Notes: generated by a model not told the origin, from the letters alone. Counted from the stretch's first letter, positions 9,957 to 22,358 are shown. The stretch: 64,000 nt of DNA from Aureliella sp. (GCA_963691875.1 OY829846.1:1344001-1408000); one strand, 5' to 3'. Program-made: numbers and translations.

Positions 9957-10841
9957 CTAGGATTCTCGGAACGCGTGCTCTGGGAAAAATTCGCTGTTAG
10001 AGGCGCCCGCGCGATTTCGAATCCGCAGCCAGGAAAGTAGCCGACGACGTGCTTGCCGAAATGGAACGGCGATCATCCTGTGCATGCGAATCCACCAAGG
10101 GATTCGTTCATATGAGCTAAGTCCAAGCAGACCGATCTGGTCTGCACGGGAGTTCCTCACGTGCTTGTATAAGCAAAAACGATCTGTGGATTGAAAGAGT
10201 CGCAGGAGGGAAACCATTCCAGGCAGCTTCCAAATCCATTTGGGTGCCGGCTGCATACTGATTTGAAAGTCGATGAGCGCAGGATGACCATTCACATCGA
10301 CAATCACATTCTCGCGTTTGTGCAAATCGACGTAGGCAAAGCCGGCTTGGTGCAACGCCTCGAGAATCGCCTTGAGCCGCAAAAAAAAGTCATCACCGAC
10401 TCTTTCTTCGGACTGCAGCGGCCGACCTGGCACAAACTCGTGCGCGACAGCATTAGTCAGTTCGATGCCATCCTTTCGAACCATTCCTGACCACCGAGGA
10501 ATCCCCGCTACATCAAATAGCTCCTTAAAGGCAAATGCTTCTCGCTTTGCAAGTAGTCTGCCGAGCCAACGCATGGGAATAAAAAACACTGGTTGCGTTC
10601 GATTGAACTTGCAGACGGCGCGCATTTCGGGATCACGCCGCGACTGATAAAGAGCAGTTGCTGCCCAGGAGTCATGTTTGAAGATTTCTTCGAGCTCAAA
10701 GACTCTTCCCGCAATCTCAACAGACTGCGGCGGATCGCAGTCTCCGAGAGCCCTTAGTACAGCGGGACGCCGTTTGACGGTGGAGATCGATCCTTGAGCC
10801 TGCAATTTCTTGCACTGCGATCCAGCAGTTTCTAGTGACAT
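9957..10841 (-). CDS. Atypical protein-kinase-like (RIO/Kdo-kinase-like) protein
   Basis: AVCKF lysine, YVDLHKRENV catalytic loop, LIDFQ; ATG 10841 preferred over the ORF-track start 10982. Confidence 0.7.
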   Translation of the reverse strand: MSLETAGSQCKKLQAQGSISTVKRRPAVLRALGDCDPPQSVEIAGRVFELEEIFKHDSWAATALYQSRRDPEMRAVCKFNRTQPVFFIPMRWLGRLLAKREAFAFKELFDVAGIPRWSGMVRKDGIELTNAVAHEFVPGRPLQSEERVGDDFFLRLKAILEALHQAGFAYVDLHKRENVIVDVNGHPALIDFQISMQPAPKWIWKLPGMVSLLRLFQSTDRFCLYKHVRNSRADQIGLLGLSSYERIPWWIRMHRMIAVPFRQARRRLLSWLRIRNRAGASNSEFFPEHAFRES

Positions 10842-11106
10842 CCGTCCACTTCCAAACGCATAACTGTGTTTTACCTTGGGCACCCACGCCGAATTGCGAA
10901 CAGCCCCGCATCCAGCAACCCAATATAGTGCCTCGAAACTTGCTTCGATCCGTCTGTAGCAAACTCGATGAGTCTGCTGCAAGGGAGTCTTCCGCCGATC
11001 GACCGGCTAGCTCTTCACAATTGGTTGGCTACTGTTTTAGCAGCCCATCAGTGGAGCACTATCTCGAGCCGACGGACAAAGCGCCTTCGCTACGCATAGC
11101 TTGCTG

Positions 11107-12438
11107 CTAGGGTTTGATAACGAAAAGGCAGAGACGAGCTGTGTCAGCTCCTTGAATCAGCACACGAGTGGGCTTGCCGAGTTTTTCCGACAAGTCACGG
11201 ACCATGCGTTTGTTCTTGTGAAGTAGCGTTCCAATTGGAACCATCTTCAACGTCAAACTCAGTTGCTGAATATCGCGGACAACTTTCCTCAGTCTTGCGC
11301 CGACAGATGCAGCCGAGAGTTTATCGATGGCCTGCAGCTCAGATTGCACGACGCCTTCGGTGATGACCAGTTCGCCGACAAGGTTAATCAATAGTCCGAG
11401 ACGTTTGCCATCGACTCGTAAGGACTCGGCAGCTTTGGATTGAGATAGTTTGGCTTGCCCTGCTGCCCCTTGCGCTTCCTCTTCCTCGCAGAGAATTTCC
11501 TTGATTTCGTTCAGTAGCCCTGCATCGCACTCGCCTGTTTGAAAAGTACCGATCAGGCAGTCGAGCAACAGTTCGGGCGAGGCCGGATATTCCAGCGGCT
11601 TTTTCGCTTCATGATTTGCCTGAACCGTGTATAGCTGGCGACTCATCAGGTCGATGGAGATCAAAATGACTTCGAAGAGTTCATCTTTCAGAAGGAGTTC
11701 GCCATCGCGCACTCGTGCCAACACGCTTTCGGCCTTGTGGGCTAAAGTGCCGAGTTGCTCCATCTCGCAGAAGCCGGCGGCACCCTTGATGGTGTGTACT
11801 GCTCGAAACAGCCCGTGCAGCGACTCTTCGTCTTTGGGCGTTTCTTCCAGCACCAGCATCAGTTGCTCGGCGTTGGAGATATTCTCGACCGATTCGTTTA
11901 GGAACTCTTTTAGCAGCTCTCCGTCCTCGCAGCTACACAAAGCAACTTTGCTGACGGTTTCGATATCGTCGGCCTTCGATTCAGGTTGATTGATCGCTCC
12001 GATAATCAGCAGTTCTTCTTTCTTTTCCGTGGCAGTCCGTCCTGTTTTCCCCTCCTGCTTATCCTGCTCATCTGATTCATCTGCGTCTTTAGTTAGAGAC
12101 ACTCCACCTTCGAGGAACGCGCGCAGTTCCGGACTCAGGTGTTTGGCGTCGACCGAATGATTCTCTAGCGCCGCGGCCAACAGAGCTTCGCAAAGCTCGG
12201 TCATCAGCAGTGTGACTTCGCCGTGGTCACGATTGGAAGCGGCACAATTCTGCGATACCAAGCTGGTCATGATCGCCATAGCGTGACGATTGACGCAAGT
12301 GAATTCGTCGCTCAGCTCACTGAGTAGGTCAGCAAGATTTTCGTTGGTAACAGCTGGGTCTTGCAAACTTTCCAGTACAGAACGCACTGTGCTTACGCAG
12401 CTATCACCAGCGCCGTTCGACGTCGCCTGTGCTCCCAA
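11107..12438 (-). pseudogene. cheA: Truncated CheA-like protein (Hpt + dimerisation domain, no ATPase or CheW domain)
   Basis: LFRAVHTIKGAAG (P1), SLRVDGKRLGLLINLVGELVI...LKMVPIG (P3); homology stops at LIQGADT followed by 10 unrelated residues and a stop. Confidence 0.75.
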
Positions 12439-12926
12439 TACCTACCAGGGCTTTCCTGCGGAAAGCAAGAATAAAAAAGAGAAAAAACGACAAGGCAATG
12501 GAACACCACAATGCACCTTACTTCGTCACTCAAAACCTGGGCAGATTTGGGCAGTTGCAAATACCTAACGAGCTAAACTCTCGCCAAGTATTCGCAATCA
12601 AAACCAGCACAGCCAAATAATTATGCTGGAGTTTATTAGAGAATTAATATTACGCGTGATTCGTAGAGACCGAAGGACTAACGATCTGGGAGAGAACATG
12701 ACAAAGGCGGATGACAAATTGGAGGTGCATCGATTTGCTTTGTGCGTATTCCTGCACCATGCTGGCGAGAAACGAACAGAATTGTTGTCAACGCCGCACC
12801 GTTACGCGTGCGAGACAATGGCGTGCTGCAAACTATGGCGCAACAATTACGTGGAGTGTTGGCTACGCACTGGTCCGGCTTGGGGGGTGGTCAAGTTTGA
12901 GGTTAGATACCTGCGAGTTGCCCAAA

Positions 12927-13715
12927 CTACTGGTTCAGGATGGCAACAATGAGTGCTGAAAGAAGCACCAGGGTGAGAACGATTAGCACACCAAGCATCA
13001 CCTTGTAGTTTCGCTTGCGTTTTTGCTTCCTTTCCAAACGGTTTCGTTCGCCAAGTCTTGGCTGGGAGCTTTCCGATCCCGCCGAGATTGGTTCTAAGCG
13101 TGCAGGTGACGTGGATGAGCCAGTTTGCAAACCTGGAAAGGCGTCAGGCATTGCTTCGGCAGCAGGCATCCACTCTTCCCAACCGTCACGCCAAACCAAG
13201 GAGTCGGCGGTAACGCGGTTTTCAGTCAACCATTGGTCAAAAACTTCCTGGTCGGCAGGACCGAACTGGCCACCCGAAGGAGGCCGGACAAACCAAAATG
13301 CCGGAGCAGTGGGTTGCTTCCGAGCTGGTTCCTCCGGCGGAGACGCTTCCTGCGACCATTCGTCTTCCACCGGATGCATGCGCAGCGGTGCTACATGCTC
13401 CCGCTCGGACTCTCGCTCGCGTCGTAAGTCAGGCAGATCATTCGGAGCCTCGAAACTACTCGGAGCGTCTAGTCCAATAGCTTCATCGAGGTCGGCAGAC
13501 GCCTTATTCGAGAGGCTCTGTGAATCACTGCTAGAGTGGGAAGCAGCAGCGACCATTTCTTGACCAGCAGGTTCAAGCGACAAGGAGTAGTCAGCGTCAT
13601 TTTCAGGAATACGAAAACTCTCTTTACACTTTGGGCACTTCCCGCGTTTCCCCGCTTGGAAGTCCTTGACATGCAGTTGTTTTTCACAATGGTGGCAACG
13701 AAAGCGGATACCCAA
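12927..13715 (-). CDS. Zinc-ribbon + GYF_2 (DUF4339) membrane-anchored protein
   Basis: CHHC...CPKC; WFVRPPSGGQFGP...VTADSLVWRDGWEEW; C-terminal TM helix after a basic stretch; TTG start with GGAGG. Confidence 0.85.
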   Translation of the reverse strand: MGIRFRCHHCEKQLHVKDFQAGKRGKCPKCKESFRIPENDADYSLSLEPAGQEMVAAASHSSSDSQSLSNKASADLDEAIGLDAPSSFEAPNDLPDLRRERESEREHVAPLRMHPVEDEWSQEASPPEEPARKQPTAPAFWFVRPPSGGQFGPADQEVFDQWLTENRVTADSLVWRDGWEEWMPAAEAMPDAFPGLQTGSSTSPARLEPISAGSESSQPRLGERNRLERKQKRKRNYKVMLGVLIVLTLVLLSALIVAILNQ

Positions 13716-13766
13716 TTGATCCCTCCTACTTCTTGCTTGCTCAAGTGGTGACGCTAGATGATTGGC

Positions 13767-14726
13767 TTACCGATAGTCATCATGGCAGGCTTGGCAGCTC
13801 TGGCCAATCTGGGCCGCGGCCTTGCGGGCCATATCCGCGTTGTCGGTTTCCACCGCGAGTTTTACCTGCTGCGTATGTTCAATCATAGTATTAACGAATG
13901 AAGCGTAATCTTCGTCGTCGGCATCCGGCATCTCCTCTTGCAAGGAAGTCTTACCCAGGACTGCTACAAGCTCTGCAAAATTTCGGACTTGTTCTTTATT
14001 CGCTTTAAATTGCTCTTCACTGGCAACGAGCTTGGTAAGGTTTTCGTCATGCCCCCACTCCAGCAATTGCATTAGAGGCGTGCGGTCCATTAGCTCTGAC
14101 CAGTCGGTTTCTGATTTTGCATCGCCCGCAAGAGTCGAGCCATTGACCATGTCGCCCAGGTCTGCCATGCGTTGTTTGGCTTCATTGAAGGATTGTATAG
14201 ATCCGACCTTGGAGTTTGCGGCGGCCCTAGCAAAAAGCTCTCGCGCAACAGGAGCACTCTTTTTAAAGCGAACGTCATCGTTGGGATAAATCTCAATAAT
14301 GGCAAACAGCAATGCCTGTAACGAGAACTCACGGCGAGCAGAATTAAATCCACCACCGGCAAACGCAGTTGGGGTAGTAACGATCTTCCCCAATCGCAAT
14401 TTTGAAGACTTCACATGATCTTCTAGTGACTCGGGACTGATCAACTTATGCCAAGCCACCGGATCGGCACTGTCCGAGCTGGTTCCGGATTCACCAGCGG
14501 TGGTTCCAGAATTGCCCGCTAACGCGGCGAGCTGTTGCTGTGACTTGGGCAACTCGCCCTTGAGTACAGTTCGCACATCGGAGAAGAAAATGCCATCGAA
14601 CTCTTTGTCATCAAACTTCGGAGCCTTGGCCCGAACCGGTTTTCGTTTCTGTGCAAGTAGCGAGCTCTGCATCGCGATGAGCGCAACAACACAGAAAATA
14701 GGGAGTAGTATGAACCTTTGTGCCAT
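13767..14726 (-). CDS. Secreted cytochrome c'-like protein
   Basis: Signal peptide; helical body; extreme C-terminal SCQACHDDYR (CxxCH in the class II cytochrome c position). Confidence 0.75.
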   Translation of the reverse strand: MAQRFILLPIFCVVALIAMQSSLLAQKRKPVRAKAPKFDDKEFDGIFFSDVRTVLKGELPKSQQQLAALAGNSGTTAGESGTSSDSADPVAWHKLISPESLEDHVKSSKLRLGKIVTTPTAFAGGGFNSARREFSLQALLFAIIEIYPNDDVRFKKSAPVARELFARAAANSKVGSIQSFNEAKQRMADLGDMVNGSTLAGDAKSETDWSELMDRTPLMQLLEWGHDENLTKLVASEEQFKANKEQVRNFAELVAVLGKTSLQEEMPDADDEDYASFVNTMIEHTQQVKLAVETDNADMARKAAAQIGQSCQACHDDYR

Positions 14727-15393
14727 GACTGCGTTTCGTCCAAGAATTAGGGAATGACGATTCTGTCGAACGAGTCGGCGAATTTCTACGGACGCCGTAT
14801 ACTTATTTTACTCGCAAGTTGTCATTGAAGCTGCATGGTGAAGCTGCCCTAAGCCTTGATTCTATGTCTCAACGGCAGCCAGAATAGCGCCAAAGGCCTC
14901 TTTGCCCCTCAGAAGTAGTGCGATCGTCAGATTCCGCGCAATCGTCTGCTAAGCCGCGACCTGAAGAGTTTTCCCAGGAGTTCCGCTCGGCTCAGGACAA
15001 TGTCGCGCCGATATGGAAGATGTTCAGCGCTGTAGTGAGCTATCCGATGATGGTGCGCTGAATCAGCCAATCGCTTCGCGGACAGTTGCCATGTTCGCCA
15101 ACTGATCGGCTACAGGATAGCTCGCACCAAGGATGGGATCGAGGTCATCACACAAACTTAAATCTCCACAGCAGCTTTTTGCAAATCCCCTGCTCTTCTT
15201 CGGCAGCCTACCGTACCGAGAACTCGCTACGGACTGCTTGAAGGCGGTGCATCTTTTTGCAAATTCTTCTTAAGCATCCTTGCACGAAAAGAAAACTGAG
15301 GACGCTAGAGACGAAAGCATAGGGCGCTGCTTGCGAGACCAATCGTGGAGTGATTTTTGTTTGGACCACCCATGATGAATAGATATCCTGACA

Positions 15394-16077
15394 ATGGTAG
15401 CAAACGCCAATCCTCATTTCCTACTCTTTTGTGATGCTAAATGTTCTTCGCACAAGTCCAGTCTCGAATCGGATTCTGGCGAATTTCGCGGCAAATGGCA
15501 TTTCATTCTAGAAAGTCTCGACTCGATTGAATCTGACGTGCGTTTGGAGGCAGCCGACACGGAGCTGGTAGAGACTCAGGAACGCGCAGCGCTGCTATCT
15601 GTCGTAAGGGGACTAGAAGCACTGGAGCAGCCCAGCAAGGTTACTTTGGTAACCACTAGCCGTTACGTCTCACGTGGCCTGAGATACGGCTTGAATTCTT
15701 GGCGCGACTCAGGATACAAATGGGAGCGTTTTGGTGTTCAGACACCGATCAGAAACGCCGATCTATGGCAGCGTATTGATCAAGCTTTGTTCTACCACGG
15801 CGTGCAATGCAAGTTGCTTCAGGGGGAGCAAACGAGCTCCCCAATTCAGCAACTCTCGTACCCCGACCCTTATTTCAGCTCTGATTCGGATCAGCATTCG
15901 GAACCAGTAGACGCGACGGCAACATCCTCCCAACCTGGGAACCACTTGCATTCGCTAGCTGGAAGTGGAAGTCACCGGTCTTGGCAGGGCATTCGCTTGC
16001 TAACCAAAAAGTTGACGATCGGCTGGAAGAGCTGGTGGGGCGGTCAGAGTCGTTCACCTGCCTGGGCCAGCGGCTGA
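15394..16077 (+). CDS. RNase HI-fold protein, catalytic residues partly lost
   Basis: LFCDA, RAALLSVVRGLEALEQPSKVTLVTTSRYV, W..SGYKW, PIRNADLWQRID align to RNase HI. Confidence 0.8.
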   Translation: MVANANPHFLLFCDAKCSSHKSSLESDSGEFRGKWHFILESLDSIESDVRLEAADTELVETQERAALLSVVRGLEALEQPSKVTLVTTSRYVSRGLRYGLNSWRDSGYKWERFGVQTPIRNADLWQRIDQALFYHGVQCKLLQGEQTSSPIQQLSYPDPYFSSDSDQHSEPVDATATSSQPGNHLHSLAGSGSHRSWQGIRLLTKKLTIGWKSWWGGQSRSPAWASG

Positions 16078-16158
16078 GACTGCTGAATTACAAAAATCAA
16101 TAAAGCCGAACATTCGCAATCAGAAACCCTAAGACTATAACATTCGGAGAGAAGCTCA

Positions 16159-18363
16159 GTGAGAACCCAACTTTCCATGCACGGCGTGAGCAGTTTGGTG
16201 CAAGGCAATTTGGAAAATCCTGCCCAAATGCTGGGAGCTCATCCCATCGAGTCAGAACAGGGAGCTGCGGTTTCCGTTCGGGCCTTCCTGCCGGATGTCA
16301 GTCAAGTATGGTTGGTCGAGAACGAGACCAACAATGCGCTGCCCATGCGTCGCATCCATCCAGGTGGATTTTACGAGGCCATTTGTTCCGAGGCGTCTTC
16401 TCGCAACTACCGCCTGAGAATTGCTTCCAAGCACGGTGACATTCAAGAAATGCAAGATCCTTATAACTTTGAGCCGCACCTTACGGAGTTTGATCTATTC
16501 CTGTTCGGCGAAGGCCGAAACTGGCAGATCTACAACAAGTTGGGAGCACACACTCGGACCGTTGATGGTGTCTGCGGAGTCAACTTCGCGGTATGGGCCC
16601 CCAATGCCGAGAACGTTCAAGTCATCGGAGACTTTAACGGCTGGGATGGCCGTCAGCACGCGATGAAGAAACATGTTGCAGCCGGCGTCTGGGAACTGTT
16701 CATTCCGAATTTGGCGGCCGGCGAAAAGTACAAGTACCGTGTCAAAATGTCCGGCGGTCATAGCGTCGACAAGGCAGATCCCTACAGCTTCCACGCCGAG
16801 CTGCCACCTCGCACAGCTTCGATCGTCACTGAACTGAATCAGTATGAGTGGCAAGATACATCATGGTTGGAACGGCGGGCCGAGAGCGACCCGCTGTCAA
16901 AGCCGATGAACACCTACGAACTGCACCTAGGAAGTTGGCGCAGAGATCCAGAAGGCCATCACGGCTGGATGAACTATCGCGAAATCGCGCATCAATTAGT
17001 TGACTACTGCAAGAAGCTAGGCTTCACGCACGTTGAACTCATGCCGATTAGCGAGCATCCATTTACGGGATCCTGGGGTTATCAAACCGTCGGCTACTTT
17101 GGTGTCACGAGTCGTTATGGTTCCGCCGAGGACTTCATGTACTTCGTGGACCACTGCCACCAGCACGACATCGGCGTCATCCTTGACTGGGTTCCTGCTC
17201 ACTTCCCCAAAGACGAGTTCGGGCTGCGTTCTTTCGATGGTTCGGCTCTTTATGAGCACTCTGATCCAAGGCAAGGCGAGCATCCGGACTGGGGCACGAT
17301 GATTTTCAATTACGGACGCAATGAAGTCCGTAATTTCTTGATCGCAAACGCTCTGTTCTGGTTCGACAAGTATCACATCGACGGTCTGCGCGTAGACGCC
17401 GTGGCCAGCATGCTGTACCTCGATTACAGCCGTAAAGACGGTGAGTGGATTCCCAACGCCCACGGTGGACGAGAAAATCTGGACGCGATCCACCTGCTCC
17501 GTGAATTCAACGAACAAGCCCATGCTCAGTTCCCTGGCATCCTTACCTTGGCGGAAGAATCGACTTCGTGGCCTGGAGTAAGTCGTCCAACCAGCCACGG
17601 TGGACTTGGCTTCTCCGCTAAGTGGAATATGGGCTGGATGAACGACACCTTGCGTTACATGCGTAACGAACCCATCCATAGGCAGCATCATCACAATGAG
17701 CTGACTTTTAGCTTGATCTACGCCTTCACTGAGAACTTTGCATTACCGCTATCGCATGACGAAGTCGTGCATGGCAAAGGCTCATTGATCGGGCAAATGT
17801 CCGGTGACATGTGGCAAAAGTTTGCCAACCTGCGGCTTCTTTATTCCTATATGTGGACACACCCAGGTAAGAAGTTGCTGTTCATGGGCAGCGAGTTTGC
17901 TCAGTGGAGCGAGTGGAATTACGACGCAGAGATCCAGTGGGATTTGCTCGGCTGGGACACGCATCAAGGTGTTCAAAAGCTCGTGGGCGACTTGAACCAA
18001 CTTGTCATCAATGAGCCCGCTCTGCACGAGCTCGATTTTGATGGCTCTGGGTTCGAATGGATCGACTGCATGAACTACCAAGAGAGTATCATCAGTTTTG
18101 TTCGAAAGGCCCGCGATCCGAACGACTTCCTGATCGTCACCTGCAACTTCACTCCAGTTCCCCGCGAAGGATACCTGCTTGGTGTCCCTGAACAAATCGC
18201 TTACCGCGAGATCTTCAATAGTGACTCCGAATTCTACGCAGGCAGCAACCTTGGAAATGCTCCTGTAATTGAAGCTAGCGATCTCTCGCATCATGGACGG
18301 CCCGCGTCTGTGAAGCTCACGCTACCACCGCTGGCAACAGTCGTCCTCAAACCGCAACGCTAA
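16159..18363 (+). CDS. glgB: 1,4-alpha-glucan branching enzyme
   Basis: FAVWAPNA, YELHLGSW, DWVPAHFP, LRVDAVASM, AEEST, LSHDEVVHGK. Confidence 0.97.
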   Translation: MRTQLSMHGVSSLVQGNLENPAQMLGAHPIESEQGAAVSVRAFLPDVSQVWLVENETNNALPMRRIHPGGFYEAICSEASSRNYRLRIASKHGDIQEMQDPYNFEPHLTEFDLFLFGEGRNWQIYNKLGAHTRTVDGVCGVNFAVWAPNAENVQVIGDFNGWDGRQHAMKKHVAAGVWELFIPNLAAGEKYKYRVKMSGGHSVDKADPYSFHAELPPRTASIVTELNQYEWQDTSWLERRAESDPLSKPMNTYELHLGSWRRDPEGHHGWMNYREIAHQLVDYCKKLGFTHVELMPISEHPFTGSWGYQTVGYFGVTSRYGSAEDFMYFVDHCHQHDIGVILDWVPAHFPKDEFGLRSFDGSALYEHSDPRQGEHPDWGTMIFNYGRNEVRNFLIANALFWFDKYHIDGLRVDAVASMLYLDYSRKDGEWIPNAHGGRENLDAIHLLREFNEQAHAQFPGILTLAEESTSWPGVSRPTSHGGLGFSAKWNMGWMNDTLRYMRNEPIHRQHHHNELTFSLIYAFTENFALPLSHDEVVHGKGSLIGQMSGDMWQKFANLRLLYSYMWTHPGKKLLFMGSEFAQWSEWNYDAEIQWDLLGWDTHQGVQKLVGDLNQLVINEPALHELDFDGSGFEWIDCMNYQESIISFVRKARDPNDFLIVTCNFTPVPREGYLLGVPEQIAYREIFNSDSEFYAGSNLGNAPVIEASDLSHHGRPASVKLTLPPLATVVLKPQR

Positions 18364-18486
18364 GTCTACGGAGGACTCGTACGACAGTGGGGCCGCAGCT
18401 TCGAAGATCCCCAGCGCGGGCGGGCGAGTCAGTGGGATCGCGTTTAGAGGACGCACAAACTCGCAGACAACGCGGCCTTGGTGCTC

Positions 18487-18982
18487 TTACTTGCTCAGTT
18501 TGGCGAAGATCAAATGGCCAAGAAGCCCCATAGGTGGAAAGCCTTCGCCAGATCGAGCAAGTTGAACCATATCGGTCCTACCAGCATCGTCACTGCTGCA
18601 CTGCCTAACGCTTGGAAGAACGCACCGATTCCGAGCGCAAACCAGACGTTGCCTCTTGCTGCGAGTGAGGCTGTGATAGTCGCACCGACTAAAGTTCCCA
18701 GAGCATGCGAGGCATAACGGACTAGGAAAGTGACCGGCTTCATGAGCTCCATGCTCTCCGCCAACGTTTCCATGGTGCTCACATCAACTCCGTCGGGTAG
18801 CGGCACGGTCATCGGCCCAATAGTCACCATCCCATGTTCACCGAGCTGCCCACGATCACTGCAGATACAACGGCCAGAATGCCCTATAAGATTTGCCTAA
18901 TTGTTTTGAGCGCTGTCTTCGCGAATCCGTCGACGGAGTCTTCGGTGGGCTCAAAAGGGTTGGAAGATACCTGAGTTGTCAT
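18487..18982 (-). pseudogene. Disrupted four-TM membrane protein gene
   Basis: From ATG 18982: MTTQ...RQIL-TAG(18884-6)-GILAVVSAVIVGSSVNMG, a frameshift near 18830 into VTIGPM...HALGTLVGA..., and a second frameshift near 18534 into PMGLLGHLIFAKLSK-stop. Confidence 0.7.
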
Positions 18983-19616
18983 TCATGCCTCTCAAAATAC
19001 GTTGGTCCGCGAGGCTATCCGATCTCGGGACAATTCTCTCCCGCTACAGGGGCACAATATTTGGTGAGAGGGAACTCAAGCCCTCACAATTTCACGGTGC
19101 CGCCGTGGCAGAGCTATCGCACCTGTCGTGAGCCTGCAGACAAAGTATCCCGGTTATCCGAAAGCCAAGAAGCCTCGCAATAGAAACCGGGCCTCGAGGC
19201 CACAGCACCGACCAGAGTTGTCAGAAAGGGCTGTTTGGTCAGGACGCCTCGTCACTCGTACAAGGCTCCACCGCAACACGGAATACCCCGGGCGGAAAAT
19301 CGCGGGGAAACCGGTTGATGTTGCCGAATTGGGGGGGCAATGATAGATTTGACCGCTTACCTATCGCGATGCGCAATGACAGCATAGAGGGCTTTCGGGC
19401 TCGTTCTGAGACTTCCGGCGATTCTCACGTCGGCAGACAACCGATAAGCCACCTAGTCTGAACTTGCGCTGGGACAACATCGCGCGACATGTGTCGTGCT
19501 CCCTCCGCGGCAATCACCTTTATTTTTATTGGGTTCCTCAGGATTTCGAAGCTAATCTTGTGGCTCGTCGCCCAGGGCATTCACGCAAAACGAAATCGGA
19601 GGATTTTAGAACAAGT

Positions 19617-21476
<1,860 letters not shown>

Positions 21477-21508
21477 TTGACTGATAGCAACTAAGAATTT
21501 GCGATTTC

Positions 21509-21543
21509 AAAGCTCACTTCCGATCCGGAAGTGAGCTTTTTTT
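21509..21543 (+). terminator. Rho-independent terminator of rpsA
   Basis: AAAGCTCACTTCCG-ATC-CGGAAGTGAGCTTT followed by a T run. Confidence 0.92.
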
Positions 21544-21667
21544 GTTTGCGTGCGGATCACAGCCAGCAGCAAGTGAAGCCTTTTGGAGTGAAGTATTCGA
21601 TTAACTGAGTAACTGCGCAGGTACGCTCAATCTTCGAGAATCGACGGCGTTTTTCACCGGGCAGCTT

Positions 21668-22358
21668 CTATTCGCTTGTCGTTGCTTCGTTGGACAGCTT
21701 TTCTCTCGCTTGTTGAAGAGCCGAAGAAACGATGTCTGTTTGTACTGCGACCACTTCAAGCCCAATCATCAAGACCAACGTCGTAAAGATCTTTCCTCCT
21801 TTTGTAATGGAATACGCATTCCCATAGCCAACCTTTGTTAGCGTAACGACTGCCCACCAAAGCGAGTCAAACACAGACGAAAAAACCTCCGGTCTATTGT
21901 GGTGTTCGCAATGACACATACCAACCTCAAAAAGGAAGAGGAGAATCGTAGTAGCAACTCTGAATAGAATTAGCTCCTCTTTCGCGAAAGCAAGCGCGCG
22001 AACGAACCGACCTATTGCCGCGCTGTATCGAGCCAGTTTCAAGAGTCGAAACAGTCGCAACAAGCGGAAAGCCCGCGCAAAGTTCCGGTCCAGAGCAAGC
22101 GACAAATAGAAATAGCTAAAAGGAACTTTAATCGGTTCTCAGCAAGCCATACGCGGGCCAGATACTCGAAAGTAAATATGCAACGCAGGTTACATTGAGG
22201 ATGTCTATCCGTCGGCGCGCAACGTCGGTCAAATCCGGAATCGTCCCGATAGAGAACCCCACCATCGAAACAAAGATCAAGCTTTGCGTCGCAAACGCCA
22301 GCAGCAGCTCGTATGTCGTTCCAATTTCCTGCAATTGACTTTTAAGCTTCTCCGGCAC
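21668..22358 (-). pseudogene. Degraded voltage-gated K+ channel (Ion_trans) gene
   Basis: Two ORF fragments joined by an out-of-frame IFTFEYLARVWLAENRLKF segment; S4 RAFRLLRLFRLLKLARY; filter reads TKVGYGN instead of TTVGYGD; apparent deletion in S3. Confidence 0.82.

Noticed and set aside
12623..12952. 109-aa plus-strand ORF
   Set aside because: No motif, overlaps the 3' end of the convergent gene, unconvincing composition.
14990..15110. Sigma28-like GCCGATAT and a 30-codon ORF upstream of the RNase H-like gene
   Set aside because: The -35 spacing does not fit and the ORF has no supporting features.
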